From Hydrurus foetidus (Eukaryota), in the NCBI GenBank assembly GCA_900617105.1, contig UYFQ01000499.1:1-36422 (forward strand): a stretch of DNA of 36,422 nt, in the 5' to 3' direction. The notes beneath the pieces are model-generated. The model ran no database searches, was not told the origin of the DNA, and saw nothing but the letters and a program-made list of their open reading frames with translations. This document shows, in pieces, positions 10,637 to 23,350 of this stretch. Both the position numbers and the translations under genes were made by a program. Position 1 is the stretch's first letter, and each line of letters starts with the position of its first letter.

Positions 10637-10854
10637 TGTAGCCATATGCCATTTAGTATGGCATTATGAGCTTCTAGGACTATCGGTCTACAGATCGGTC
10701 TACAGGGTCGTAGGCTTCCAGCCTCACCCTTACAACGTGTACTCTGCTATCATCTAGCTAGTCCACGTAGAAGTTACCCTAGCTACGGCTTTCCCCTGTA
10801 ACTAAGACTTCAGCTCCTCTCCTTTCCTTTCTCTCTTTTGCCATTCGGACTACA
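10637..10854 (+). repeat. 3' LTR of element A
   Basis: Direct repeat of 2286-2503, followed by TSD CAAC. Confidence 0.97.
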
Positions 10855-11389
10855 CAACCATGATGATTCATGCAAGTCGCAGGTTATCAAACTTGTTCAA
10901 TTCGATCAGATGATGACAACCAGCTACTTTGCTGATAGTATGCAATCGTTCCAAGCATGAAATATGGTGGAGATTCCCAAAAAAAATCGAAAAACTGATG
11001 CTGGCTCGATGCTTCAATGGGTTCCACAGCTGCTCCTGAAATTTTTAGGGGTGGTGGCCAGGCCAGTTTTTTAGCCAGCCACTGGCCATTGGCTAGGGCA
11101 GTCATCTAGCTAGGACTTACCGGGTAAGGCTGGCCATCCTAGCCTGGCTGGCTAACTTTTTATTTTCGTTGGCTGGCTAACTTTTTTTCTGACTGGCTAA
11201 AAAAAATTCTATGAGACCCCGATTTGAATCCAGTGGTATGCCTACAGCCTATTGTTAGGTGGGCGTGAGGTTATTTCTGAGCATAATTAATTAGTTACAG
11301 TGTCCTGTGTCAATCTCTTCAATGAGTCTGCTATAAATCTATGTAATCTAATTGAGTCTGATATACTACCAACATAACTACAGAAAGTT

Positions 11390-12740
11390 ATCAATATTGA
11401 AAGAATGCTTCATTTAAAACCGTATATCATGGTTGGGGAAAGTTTGTTATTACCCACTGTGATAGTACCGGGCCCAAGGTCCCGATCCTACCGGGTACCG
11501 ACTATACCGGATCCTACTGGGTATCGACCTACCGGGTACTACTGCTGTCACTGCAGACTGTTGTCTCGTCGTAGCCATTTACAGCCACCACGTAGAAGTT
11601 AGCCTCCCTAGCTTCTAGCATAGCCGCCTGTAAACTAACCAAAGCCTACACTCTATTTCCTACCCTTCCTCGGATCACACTACTATCAATCTGACGAATG
11701 AGCAATGGGTGATTGTAGAAGGTGTTTGTGCTATTCTAGCATTGTTCAAGTTTGTCCAGAAGATAATGGAAGGAGAAAAGCATGTGACTGTCAGCCTAAT
11801 ACCAGGTAAAATACGTACTAAAATGCTTTACTGAAATTGTCACACGCTTGTTCCTAGGAACATTCTACTCCTCTTTATAACATTTTGCACTCTTCAGGCA
11901 TGATCAACCAAATCCGATTAGGCCTTGGAAGGGCGGACTCTGATGCCAATACAAGCGCTGCTGCAAGATTGGTTCTTAATAAGATTACCGAGAAATTTAA
12001 TGAGGAGTTTGGCACAGGTTGTGCTGGTACAGTTTTTTCGGACCATGAAAAAGGAGGATCATTTCGTAGGTTTAAAGGTTTTCAACTGAAGACAATGATC
12101 GCCACTGCATTGGACCCGAGGACAAAGATGCTTGTTGGTAACACACAAGAATGCAATATAAATTTATGTCAAAACATTATTTAAGATTAAATACATTTTT
12201 ATCACAGGCATACCATCAACGTCAATTAACCGTGAGCAAGTGTGGACGGCAATGAAGGATCTCATGATTGAGCTGTGGGTAATGAGACATAACGCCGGGG
12301 TCTGGAGTCCCGAAATTGCAAGAGCAAGAGCTTTACCAAGTGATGAGGACCCATAGGGAGAAGAAGAAGAAGAAGAAGAAGAGGAGGTTCCTGAACCTGG
12401 TCCTCCTCCATTGAATATGCATGAAGTTCAACGAGCAGTTACTGCAGAACTTAATGCGTAAAAATCTATACTGAGAATAGATATGAGAGAGACATTAGAA
12501 AATGGTGACAAAGGTAAATACATTGACCGATTAACCTGGAGGAAGGATCGCATGGAAAGCTCTCCAACGCTTTGCCAGATAGCAAGGAAAGTACTTCGCA
12601 TTCCTGCGACTTCTGCCCCATCTGAGAGAGTTTTTCTGTAGCAGGACTCACCATTTCGCAAATGTGTTCTAGACTAGACAGCGATAATGCTTCGTGTCTT
12701 ATATTTCTCAGAGACAACTGGGACCTTAGTTATCAAATGA
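11390..12740 (+). pseudogene. hAT transposase C-terminal remnant with introns
   Basis: IERMLHLK...LTNEQWVIV...MEGEKHVTVSLIP, ATALDPR, and dimerization motif LCQIARKVLRIPATSAPSERVFSVAG; GT-AG introns near 11806-11898 and 12139-12208; N-terminus missing. Confidence 0.9.
11458..11679 (+). mobile_element. Solo LTR B (chromovirus lineage related to A and C) inside the hAT transposase
   Basis: TGTGA...TCACA ends; shares CCAAGGTCCCGATCCTACCGG with LTR C and CCACGTAGAAGTT with LTRs A and C; flanks CCAC/CTAC; removing the LTR plus 4 bp restores the hAT frame LLPTINLTNEQW. Confidence 0.9.
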
Positions 12741-13484
12741 ATTCTCCGCAAGTGGAAATATTGAATTAATCGTATAATGTTTAAGTTAATTAGTGAGTCG
12801 CATTTCCATATGATGTCGCACTAAGTGGATCATTTTTGATATAGTTTTAAGAATAAGATAGTGAATAGCAGATGAAATGACGTCACGCAATAAGTTAACG
12901 TGTTTTCGTAACATGCGAAGATTGTATACCAATTTTAATGACCAAATTGATATTCTAAATCAAAAATACACGAATTTGGCCCGGTTTCTGTATTTTGGCC
13001 GAGAATTTGGCTAGTTTGTTCAGTCATTCATGTGGCCAGTGGCTAGGCTAACAATCAGGCCTTCTTGGCTAGCGGTTTTGGCTAAGATCCGATAAATGAT
13101 GCTAGCCACCACCTCTAGAAATTTTAGGCAGAAGTACGTGAAATCGGTCGAAATAATGGTACCGAAAAGTTCATACGAATCTGGGAAAGGTTTGGGTGAC
13201 CGGTGAGGAGGCTGACCGGACCTTGCAAACGGTCCTCGACATAAAAATTAAAAATGTCTTGCCATAGTATTTACTATTTACTATTTACAGTACAAATAAC
13301 AAAGAAGTATACTAGATGAGAAGGGTGACAACATGCCGAAAAGGAGATTATTTGTATTGGAAGTGCACATGCTAGCGAATTCGAGCTTTAGATAGATGTA
13401 TGTGATCCCCCTCTCCTAACTTGAGTTGAAATCGACTTCAAAATTTATCGATATTCCATCAGTAGTCACTACCAACGGATACAA

Positions 13485-16400
13485 ATGGAAGACCTCAACA
13501 GCACTCTCGCGTCTCTTCAATTAGAGGATTTCGCCTCCGCAAAAATAAAAATTGATCAACTCTTTGTCGAATGGTTGTCAACAGAAGGTTTACAATTCAT
13601 CGACGCCATTTTATGCTCTGACGACTTACTCAGCAGCGACGATGAGGGAGGATTAAGCTGCCGGAATGGGGACTCTTTCAGCGGACTATCTTATGGCTTA
13701 GGACCCATTCCACCAAGATCTCCAACCAACACAAAAAAGTCACCAAAGAAGCGAACGCAATCCGAGATGCAGAACAATACCAATTCAAATATCAGCAATA
13801 ACACTTCACTATCACTGGCAGCGGAGAATTCAAAATCCACAGAGGGTTTGGGTTTAGCTGGAGTAGATCAGGCTCAAGGCAGCTCGTCGGCTTCAAAAGA
13901 CGAAGCTGATGGGGATTCTGAAAACGAAGCTCAAATATCTGCACGACGGCGATCTAACTTTGACAGCATACCACTTTTCTACGTACCTGGTGGCTCTAGA
14001 CAGAAAGATCAGAAATCTCGGATACGGCAAGGTAACGAGTGGCTGATAATGTCGCAAGAATATCCTGCTGTCCCTCGTTTCGTACTGCTTCCAATGCACT
14101 CATCGACTTTCACACATCATTTGCGAAGGAAATCGCATTGAAGAGGATCAATTATCGCGTAGACTGCCTGAAATTGAATCCCACTTCGCTGGATTCGCTG
14201 AAGGGATCCCTGTAGGCAGCTTTGTGCACATGACAAAGAGGATGTGTGGTATACCTTCCTTTTTCAACTTGCCCCTATGCAAAAGAATCAATGAGAGATT
14301 TGGCGATAAAACAGAAAAAGATAAGGCAGATTCATCCACCAGCAACTCTTCAGACTCCAGGCAGGCACACAGTATTCATGTGAAGCTAAACACTTTCTTG
14401 AAATTTTGGGAAGCCGAAATAGAACCCTATGACCGACTAGAGCGATTTTTCAGAGCCATCAAGCAGCCTGACGCAGAATGCATATACAAAGACGACTTCG
14501 TGCCGTTCATCCAAGAGCTGCTGCACTTTCACCCTGGCTTAGACTTCCTAGACAATCACGAGGAGTTCCAGCGTAAATACGCTCTTACCGTGATAACGCG
14601 CATCTTCTACAAAGTGAACGTGTCCCGCACCGGTAAGCTGTCTCTGAAGGAGGTGCGGAACAGCACTCTCATGAACGCCTTCATGCACGTTGATGAAGAG
14701 ACAGACATCAACAGAGTGATGGACTTCTTCAGCTACGAGCACTTCTACGTCCTCTACTGCCGCTTCTTCGAGCTCGATGCCGACAAGGACTCCAAGATTG
14801 GCAGAGAGGACCTGCTGAGGTATGGGGAGCACTCCCTCTCAGAAGCCATCGTTGACAGGTAACTACTGAGGGGCCATGAGTTGTGTCATATTCGTACATG
14901 TTGCGTTCTCATATACTTGAAGCTCTCGAGGACTCCGCGGTAGGGAGTGTCTTCATGTCTGACACCCGCATGAAGGAGTGGCACTGCACTGCACTTCTCA
15001 CTCAGCAACATTATGCCGCGCAGAATATTCCAAGTGGGTCTGAGGCCGTTCTCAGACGGGCGTGAGGGTGGTTTCGGCCAAACAGGGATGTCTTTCCCTG
15101 ACTTCATATTCTTCATGCTGGCCGAGGAAGACAAATCTTCAGAAGCAGCTCTGCGATACTGGTGAGTCTCTCTCTCTCATTATCTTTATTTTACTTTATC
15201 TGCCTATCTATCTCCAACTACCTTTCTATTTTTCTTCATCCACCACTTTATTTCTCTATCTATCTCTTTATTTCTATCTTTCTCTTCTTCTTGACACTGT
15301 TTCCATCGGAAGACATCCATCCATATCTCCACACGTTGTTATGACTCTCTGTGACCCGACTTTGCTGAAGATTTCATCACGTGACAGCACACTACACCAC
15401 ACTGCTTTACAGGTTCGTGTGCTGCGACTTGGACGGAGACAGCAGACTGGCACCTCAAGAAATGAGACACTTCTACAAAGTGCAGCTGCACAGAGTAACC
15501 AGTCTGGTGAGTCTGTCAACTCCACCGCTATCCTACTCCATGGCGTGACATTCATCCGCCCTGTTCCTCCATCATGCGGTGCAGCGATTGAGTTGCATTC
15601 ATTTGAATTGAGTTGATTGCATGATGCGTGAGATCATCAGTGTGAAAAGCGCTTGAAGAGTTAGTGCAAGACGATGTTGGTTTGGTTTGTACGACTTGCA
15701 GTGAGTCTGTCCCGCACACCTTGCTACTGCGTGACGTGATGAGATGAGATGTGATATGATGACATGTGATTTGCTGCACTGAGTCTCGCCACCTCTAGTA
15801 TTTAAGACACCGTGTAATGCACACTCGTTCCGTGTGGTGTGCGAGGGCGCATGTGTGTATGTGCAGTGACGCATCGCAATCTGCGCGTCCGTCTAGCAGG
15901 GCGCACTGCACTATCCAATCTGTGCTATCTCTGGGGTTTCAACACATATGGGGTTCACGCACTTAATTGAATGGCTATCACAGGGTCAGGAGGGCATCGA
16001 GTTCCAGGATGTGCTGTGCCAGATGGTGGACATGATCTGCCCTCTCGACAGCCAGTCCATCACGCTCAGCGACCTCACGAAACCGAACAAGAGGCACATC
16101 AGCGGTGAGTCTTCCTTTGGCACTGTCATTGATCACATAATATCTCGGAATAGCGCAGAGTCTCACCTGTAGAGGATAGAAAGATGTAGATGATAGAAAG
16201 ATGTAGAGGATAGAAAGATGGCTGTCGGTGGCTCCTCGTTGCAGAGATGTGTATATTTATTCCTGTGCTTGATTTATTTATGTCCCTCTCATCGGTCGTA
16301 CTTACTAACTACCCCTCAGGCGTTCTTTTCGATGTTCTTTTCAACTTGCACAAATTCCTCCGATTCGAGACGCGAGACCCCTTCCAGGAGAAGCAGAAGA

Positions 16401-16954
16401 GGGACGACGTGTTCGCCACCGACTGGGACAGATACGCCTACATGGAGTACCACAGGCTCGCATCAGAGGAGGAAAACTTTGCTTCGAATTCCAACGACCA
16501 GTTGAACAACATGGACATCGACAGAGGGGATCAGAACATCAACGCTAGTGTGGGAAGTCTGTCAGACAGTGACAGCGACAATGACGGCGACAGCTTAGAG
16601 TGGGGCTCGGACTCCAACGAGGACGACCTTGACGATGCTAACTCGAAGTACCAAGACGGTCGGGACGGCAGAGGGTCCAAGGGGGGGGATGGAGGGCTGG
16701 GAGCCCACATCTCAGATTGGTCCTTGAACAGTGCCAATAGCAGTAGCAGCACGAATAGCAGGAACCAGTCCAATGGAGGGGGAGGGGTGCAGAGGGCGAA
16801 GGGGGGGTCCTCGCAGGCACAGCAGTCCCAGTCCCAGTCCATCCAAGGGGGGTCGAGGGGTTCGCAGGCATCTGTCGGTGGAACTAACCAAGCCAGCAAC
16901 GCTTCTGTAGGGGCGAAGGGTGGTGGCAATGCAGGTGGCAGACGGAGGGCGTAG
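13485..16954 (+). CDS. PPP2R3: Protein phosphatase 2A regulatory subunit B'' (PR72/PR130 family, EF-hand), 6 exons
   Basis: Motifs KIDQLFVEWLS, HPGLDFL, FFSYEHFYVLYCRFFELDADKD, FMLAEEDK, CDLDGD, LFNLHKFLRFETRDPF, TDWDRYA. Exons 13485-14031, 14129 or 14144-14858, 15024-15161, 15413-15506, 15984-16104, 16320-16954; GT-AG introns with consistent phase; TACTAAC branch point near 16303. Confidence 0.95.
16168..16220. repeat. Three copies of a 17-bp intronic tandem repeat (TGTAGAGGATAGAAAGA)
   Basis: Read directly; one mismatch in the middle copy. Confidence 0.85.
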
Positions 16955-17818
16955 CATAGCGGCTGTCCCGCTCTATCAGCTCCGTTACTCAATGCGTCAT
17001 GATGTCCTCTTCCTCTATACCGCGCAGCACGTCTACAGTAAGGTAGGACTCACTGGCCACCCAGCAACTGCCCCGTGCAGTATGACGTGGAATCGGGCGA
17101 ACGCACATCGAACTCTTGGTGCGCCAGTGTGCCCACTAACGGTTTCGTTGAGTTGCTGTAGCGGTTCGGGATATAGAATTTAGCAGAAATTGTCTCTTCG
17201 CTCCCATTGAATTTCCTCCCTCCCCCGACCACCACTCACCCACCTCACTCCTCATTAGTACTTGGTATTATTTGGTAGAAATAATTGCTTTCTGTGTGCT
17301 TTGGGGACGCCCAAAATGCCGGTACATGGTATGACATAACTAATCGTAAGACGATCAATTAAACGAAGTTTTTGCGCGGAGAAGGACATGGAGTGTCCAG
17401 TGTAGCGCATTGCCACCGGATAGGACCGGAAATTTGCTTCCGTCCCTTCATTGACAGAATTCAAACCACGACGCCTTTGTCGACACAATCTTCAGTGGAG
17501 AGGCAAATGCCTCAGCATTACTCCAGACGAAACACTAGTTCACAGGAATTAAATCTCCAAGGCTGAAATTATGATGAGCTCGGGAATCGTACTCTATTTT
17601 TAATAGGAGGTGAAGCATATGATAGCGGTCCCTTATTCAACTGAGTCAGCATCCACGAGAATTACGCTGGAGCTTCTCTCTCAAATTCAATTACAAGAAG
17701 TAATTTGGTGCAGTCAACTACCCTCTCATTGTTATTCAATGGTTTTCAAAAAAAAATTTCATCAATACGCAGCAGTGTGTTGTATTTTTTTGGACGTTTA
17801 TTTTATTTTTATTTTTAA

Positions 17819-18182
17819 GAGTCACCGTCCCTATCCGTGCTCCTCCCCCCACTTAAAAACGTGTCACAAGAAAAAAGTCAAACCGTTTTACATTTTATTT
17901 TAAGATCTTTTAAAAACAAATTTAAGATCTTTTCTGCCCGAACTTTAATCTTATATAACCTGTACCCTTTCAAGATGTAGCTCCAAATCTACTGATGTCA
18001 ACAGGCAACATCGCGCACTTCGTGCTAAACTGCGCTCGAGCGTTAAACGCAAGCATTCAAGTCAACTCAACGTACTCGAAAATATCACTTCGTTGAAGGC
18101 CACTCGATATTTGAGGTAGACACGAAAGATTTTGTAGGCGTTCTCTTCGCGAACTCAAATCGATCGATAGGGACGGTGACTC
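17819..18182. mobile_element. Non-autonomous TIR element (MITE), possibly Sola3-like
   Basis: Perfect inverted repeat AAGAGTCACCGTCCCTATC (17817-17835) / GATAGGGACGGTGACTCTT (18166-18184); left junction TTAA|GAG, right CTC|TTTTAA; no internal ORF. Confidence 0.75.
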
Positions 18183-18424
18183 TTTTAAAAAATAAAATAA
18201 AATAAAATAAATAAATAAATAAAATAATAAACTAGAAATAAAACTGTTGTCAAGACATTTCGTATTCTGTGTTCGATTTCACGGCATACAAATAAGAATC
18301 GACTTCAGTTTCGCTGCGCGCCGTCTGCGAGTCGTGCATCGTGTGCACAGCGGAGACAAATAGGAGATAAGAATGCACGCATCTAACCTGCAACCTCTGA
18401 TAGTGAGATCAAATCTACGTCACC

Positions 18425-19548
18425 ATGCCATCTATCAAAAGCGGGGACACCTTCAACGGCACTGGTGAGCTATCATTTGATGATGATGTGAACAAGACGA
18501 CCGGTTCAAGAGCTTACCCAAGCATAAAAGACTACTACTATGCCAGTAGCACTTCACCAAGCAAACCAATCCAACTTCAGTCGGGGCTTTCGAACTACTC
18601 GAGTCTGATTCTTGGGGATGATCGGATCTCAGTCTCTGAATCAATTATGAATGCCACCTACAGATCAGCAGTGGAAGCTAAGATGATGATTGAATCTCCC
18701 AGTCGAGCGAAGTCACTACACACTCGCAGACGCGAATATCAGGAGGCATCAGAGAGAGTTGGGCCCATCGAAGTTGATCGACTAGAGAGAGTCATGAAGA
18801 ATAAGTTGGTGCAACGTTCTCTAAAAACATCAAGTGCGTTTCAAGTGAACAAAGCTTTCAAGTTCTTCGATCGTGAGCAGTGCCTGCGTATTCCCATAGA
18901 AGGATTTACACGTGCGCTAGAGTTTTTGGGGTTTCAATTTACTGAAATTCAAAACTTAGCCTTATTCGCGCGCTACGACACAGAATTTGAAGGAGAAATC
19001 ATCTACATGCATTTCATCGCAAAAGCAATGTTCTTCCGCGCCAGCGATGACATGATGGCTCCTCGTCCTGACTTACGTGCTGCTTCTATACTTACACTAT
19101 CAGCGCAGGATGATAGCGTTGATCTTGATTTGAATCAGGTATAATTCTGCGCTAAACTCACATAACGGGTACAGCTATACTGACACTACCTTAACTGCAA
19201 CGAAGTTAAAATCTCTCCAAGAGGCAGAGATACGAACGATATTTAACAAAGTCGACAGGAATAATAGGTTCGAAGTCAATGATTTATTCTGTTGTGGTCT
19301 GAATTAGATGACTAGGTTGATCATCTGAAGGTATTTCTTCAATATTCATGTACCACTCCATGATATCTGTCATTAGCGGTCGCATAGACAGGGCAGGGAT
19401 GGATCTTCTACTCATGGCGATCGGACACAAAGCAGAACCATTCGATTTACAGTCGAAGACTCTGGAGATGGAAATGGACAATAAGGAGTCCATGACGTTC
19501 GAAGAATTTTATTTTTGGTGGAGTGCCTCAGGATCGTCGGACGCGTAG
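18425..19548 (+). CDS. EF-hand calcium-binding domain protein, 3 exons
   Basis: Exons 18425-19138, 19206-19267, 19377-19548 in phase; EF-like segments AFKFFDREQCLRI, ARYDTEFEGEI, spliced DRNNSGRID, MTFEEFYFWW. Confidence 0.85.
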
Positions 19549-21051
19549 GCTCGAGGAACCAAAACTGACACCCCCGTGATTTCACAGATTTCACAACCCC
19601 ACAACCACCTCTCTCTGTCCATCTCTCTGTGCATTGCCATATGCGTTTCTTGCGTGACTCCCTCCTCTTAGACCACTGATGCTTATCATTCGTGTTGGTG
19701 AAGGGAGTGTTTCACGATCATCAGTCTCTGCCCCCAACATTGTGCAGTACTTTATGATCAGCATAGCACGATTAAGGCAACTTAGCACAACTAAGTCGAT
19801 CATAATTAAAAGCTTCCAAATCTGCATCTCATGTATGATCGTGGACAAAGAACCTTATTCTGTACAACAACTTGTAATTTATTCTCTCTCTCCCTTGAAA
19901 CGTTATCGGCTCGACAGAGGTCTCTTTTCGAGGTCTCTTAGACGTGTGCGCTTTGGACTCTGACATCGAGTACGACTGCAATGACTCGTGTGGATACGTT
20001 AAAAGACATCTGAAATTATTCTATCGGATGAATTTCTTAATCAATTTTTATCCGTGAAGTTCCAACAGTTAGAAAACACCAATTCGAATTGTGTTCATAC
20101 GTCAGTCACACCTTCGGGCTTTCGGTAACATTTTCTCTTAAATCAAGATATCAACTTGCATCAAGTGCGTAAGATTTACACACTGAAAGACACTCATTTT
20201 GAAATTTTGTGAAAATAATTAGTGATCCGTTTCTGAGAGGGAACATCGAATATCACTGCCATGCGAAGTAACCGCGATAATGTACCCGAATGAGAATCAC
20301 CGTTTTTCTTGCTTCCTCCGGAATGTAAACCTGTTCGAGAATAAGTGGCCTCTCTGGGGTGTAACCCCAAAGAAATTTTGGAATGGAGCTCACATTAAAA
20401 TATAAATGCCGCTGAAATAAATAAATTTTGCAAATTGTCGCGCTTCTAACGTGTACTTACGACAACATAGTCCAGCCTGTCGGGCACTTTCAATTGACAT
20501 TGAAAGGTTATGGCGCATGATAGCGGAATGTGTTTTTTGAACTCATCTTCATGGATCTAATTCTGGCTGATTGATTGGAAAGAGCTTTCGTTCTGGATTG
20601 TCCCAAAATCTCTGTGCAAGGTGCTATTGCGAGGGAAGGGAAACTAGATTGCATACGTACACGCAAAATTTTACACGTTTACAGAAGATTTCAAAGTTCT
20701 CATCGACCTAGGTGTCCCCATCGATTCTACTATAAGAAAATATTCTCATTTTGAGGACACTGGAAGTATGCAACTATATACTCTGTGCGTCCTACACTGC
20801 ACTGTACAGCGTACGAGCATCGGATGTAACCTGAAGCTTGTAGAAATACTGCAGTAATTCATGATAAACATACCCTATGATGGTTTGACACGATGGACAA
20901 CTGATATGAGACCCAAAAGATAACTTGGGCGGCGTGTTAACACGATCTAGCGAGAATATGAAGTATCGCATCAGTGGGTGTACTGACGATCCTTACTGTC
21001 GAGAAATCTGAATCGCAGCTCATCAAAACCTTACAGACATCTACTTCAGGA

Positions 21052-22611
21052 ATGGCGAGTAACTTGACCACAAGACTAGTGGTGGTTTTTATTGTGGCTC
21101 TCTTATTATCTACGTGGATTTTCAATCCCATAGAGGTTAGTCCCAACCATAGTGCATCACTGACTCTTGATCAGTACGGACTGCCTCGCATGTTATGACT
21201 CAAATCATGCATTGTCAGGTGTTCCCCACAAATAGAGAGATTAAATCTTCAGCAGTCTTCACGTCCGAAATAGAGGCTGCAGCAACTCCGAATATCACAA
21301 ATGTCAGACGGGCCGCCCATTTTCCTCTCATCATTCACACTATGTGGAAAAATCCGAACTCACCACCACCTGCTGAGACCTTGCGGTGGAAGAAGGTTAT
21401 GAAAGTAAATATTAAATTCCATCAAGCCTGATTTCCCCTGACAAAAGCGTTGAATAATTCTCAACAGGGATGTCGAGCTGTCAACCCTTCCCATGACTTC
21501 AGGTTGTACTATGACGCTGAACTGCTCGATTTCGTCCAAAGGAGCTATCCAGAGTATTTAGCCTTGTTCTTGTCCCTGAAAGGTGTCTACATGGCGGATA
21601 TGGCAAGGGTACTTATGATATATCATTACGGGGGAATTTACATGGACTTAGACTTCTACTGTCACAGGTTTCTCAAGTCTGCCATTTATTGTTTTACAAG
21701 TTCCCGTCATCGTATGTGGTTACCCCACTGACATAATGGATCAACATTTACTATATTAGGCCATTTTCATGCATCGTTGACCGACTTCTTCCTCAGACGA
21801 ATGCTTTGATGGACGAGAAAGATGTTTTAATTGTCTCCTTGGAGCCAACTATTCACGCAAACATATTTCGCAACAAAGATCGGGTAGTAATACAGGATTT
21901 CTACATGTCGACAGCTCGCCACCCTTTCTTTAAATGGTTCCTCGACGATAGGTGCCAACGATTTGATCTGCAATTTGATTATTTCCTCGTAGCATGGACT
22001 TCCCGCCACTTTTCTGTTCTCACTGTTGGTTGCACATCATTCGATGAATTCTTATTTCCACTTCGTTTAGGCTGATGAAGTTCGATCAGGATCCCAGCCA
22101 CCCAGCCAAAGGGCCATTCAGCTATTCTATCGAGGTGGACATAGATGCATACAGAAAGAGCATGGCTGCAAAGGCGACATCCGAGAGGCGGCATCTGCTT
22201 CACACGAATGAGTCCATGTCAACTTCAACGCTTCCATCCCATCCCAGAAGACGCGCCGACGCTGACCCTGCAATTGGAATGCCTGGAGGCTACATCCATG
22301 AGCTGCCCGAAGACGTACTGCATCCTTTGGTAGATTCAACGAACCCTCGCTTGAACTCGGTTTGCATCACACGCAAGTATCTAAAGGATGCTGTGCCAGG
22401 GACAATCCCACCATGGGCGGTGCGTTCTTGCGAGAAAGTCCGGGCCAAAAAGTATTTCAGTCCCTCGAAGTTCACTATTGCAGTGCACATGTGGACGCAC
22501 ACCTTTCTCGGCTGGTCTTTCTTTAGAGGTCTTTACAACTCTGGAGTCTACGCGCAGGTTGAAAGGGAGCTGCTTCCCACTATGCGCTGTCCAGTGCAAT
22601 TGCATGGGTGA
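21052..22611 (+). CDS. Glycosyltransferase family 32 (DXD; OCH1/SUR1-like) type II membrane protein, 5 exons
   Basis: N-terminal TM anchor; FPLIIHTMWK, ADMARVLMIYHYGGIYMDLD, ARHPFF, HMWTHTF. Exons 21052-21135, 21219-21395, 21468-21667, 21760-21951, 22071-22611; GT-AG, in phase. Confidence 0.92.
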
Positions 22612-22987
22612 GAGGCGGTTCAATTCAGTGAATCCCTCCACATGCCCAGATAATCCCATTTCAAAGGCTTAGACTTAGCCGCACAGAGAGACTTGCCTCA
22701 CTCAGAAATGCTTATTCTTCTCATTTGGTACCTAATTAAAATCATACGAGTAGCAGTCCTTCCTACATGATAGCTGGTGTGAGAATGCGTCGATATATAA
22801 GGGCAATTACTGGAATGATGCCGGAGGTTGGATAGACGGAGTAACTATCACGGATTGAACTGTCTTTCAGATTTTGTGATGGCAATTTTAATGCACCATT
22901 GATGTACCAACCAGCAAAAAATAAGAATAGTCATGTGGAGTATTTCCTTCAAGTTGTTGTTTTCCCTTATCAGAGCGGAATGTTGCA

Positions 22988-23350
22988 TTAAGTCTTCCAG
23001 CCTTTATCGCGCTGGTTATCCATGTACTCTATATAGCCACTGTCGAGCCACGCTTGCTCAGCAACGCTAACTTCACTTTCCTCAGTGCTCTTCTCAAGTG
23101 TGTCAGCGACGGCCACAATATCATCCTGTTCTCCGGAGTTCTGAGGCAGCATTTGTATCGGTTTACCCGTCGGTTTACCCTTCATCATGTCCGTAGATAC
23201 TCCGAATGAAGCTAGCAGTTTTCTTTTTTTCTCATCAATTATTTCAGCTCCCGCCGAAGTGCGAGATGTGGACGTAAGGAGGCGGCGAAGTGCCAAAATA
23301 TTTCGTCCGCCATGTACAACTCTCACAATAGTCTGCATTAGTTTTGGCAT
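22988..23350 (-). CDS. Hypothetical 120-aa protein with mitochondrial presequence-like N-terminus
   Basis: ATG-initiated ORF; Arg/Leu/Ser-rich N-terminus lacking acidic residues (ALRRLLTSTSR); no recognised domain. Confidence 0.5.
   Translation of the reverse strand: MPKLMQTIVRVVHGGRNILALRRLLTSTSRTSAGAEIIDEKKRKLLASFGVSTDMMKGKPTGKPIQMLPQNSGEQDDIVAVADTLEKSTEESEVSVAEQAWLDSGYIEYMDNQRDKGWKT

Larger units (their letters stand above)
2286..10854 (+). mobile_element. Ty3/Gypsy chromovirus LTR retrotransposon A, full-length but internally damaged
   Basis: 218-bp LTRs (2286-2503, 10637-10854; TGTAG...CTACA) that look identical by eye, 4-bp TSD CAAC (2282-2285, 10855-10858), PR-RT-RH-IN-chromodomain order, PPT before the 3' LTR. 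Confidence 0.97.
11046..13117 (+). mobile_element. hAT DNA transposon, internally deleted
   Basis: TIRs TAGGGGTGGTGGC / GCCACCACCTCTA (1 mismatch), perfect 8-bp TSD GAAATTTT (11038-11045, 13118-13125), subterminal TGGCTA/TAGCCA repeats. Confidence 0.95.

Noticed and set aside
10855..13241. Host gene on the minus strand disrupted by the Gypsy and hAT insertions
   Set aside because: Joining the empty sites gives only short frames with stops and no recognisable domain.
15062..15616. 184-aa ORF with a hydrophobic stretch
   Set aside because: Runs through the CT-rich intron of the PP2A B'' gene; the spliced frame explains the region.
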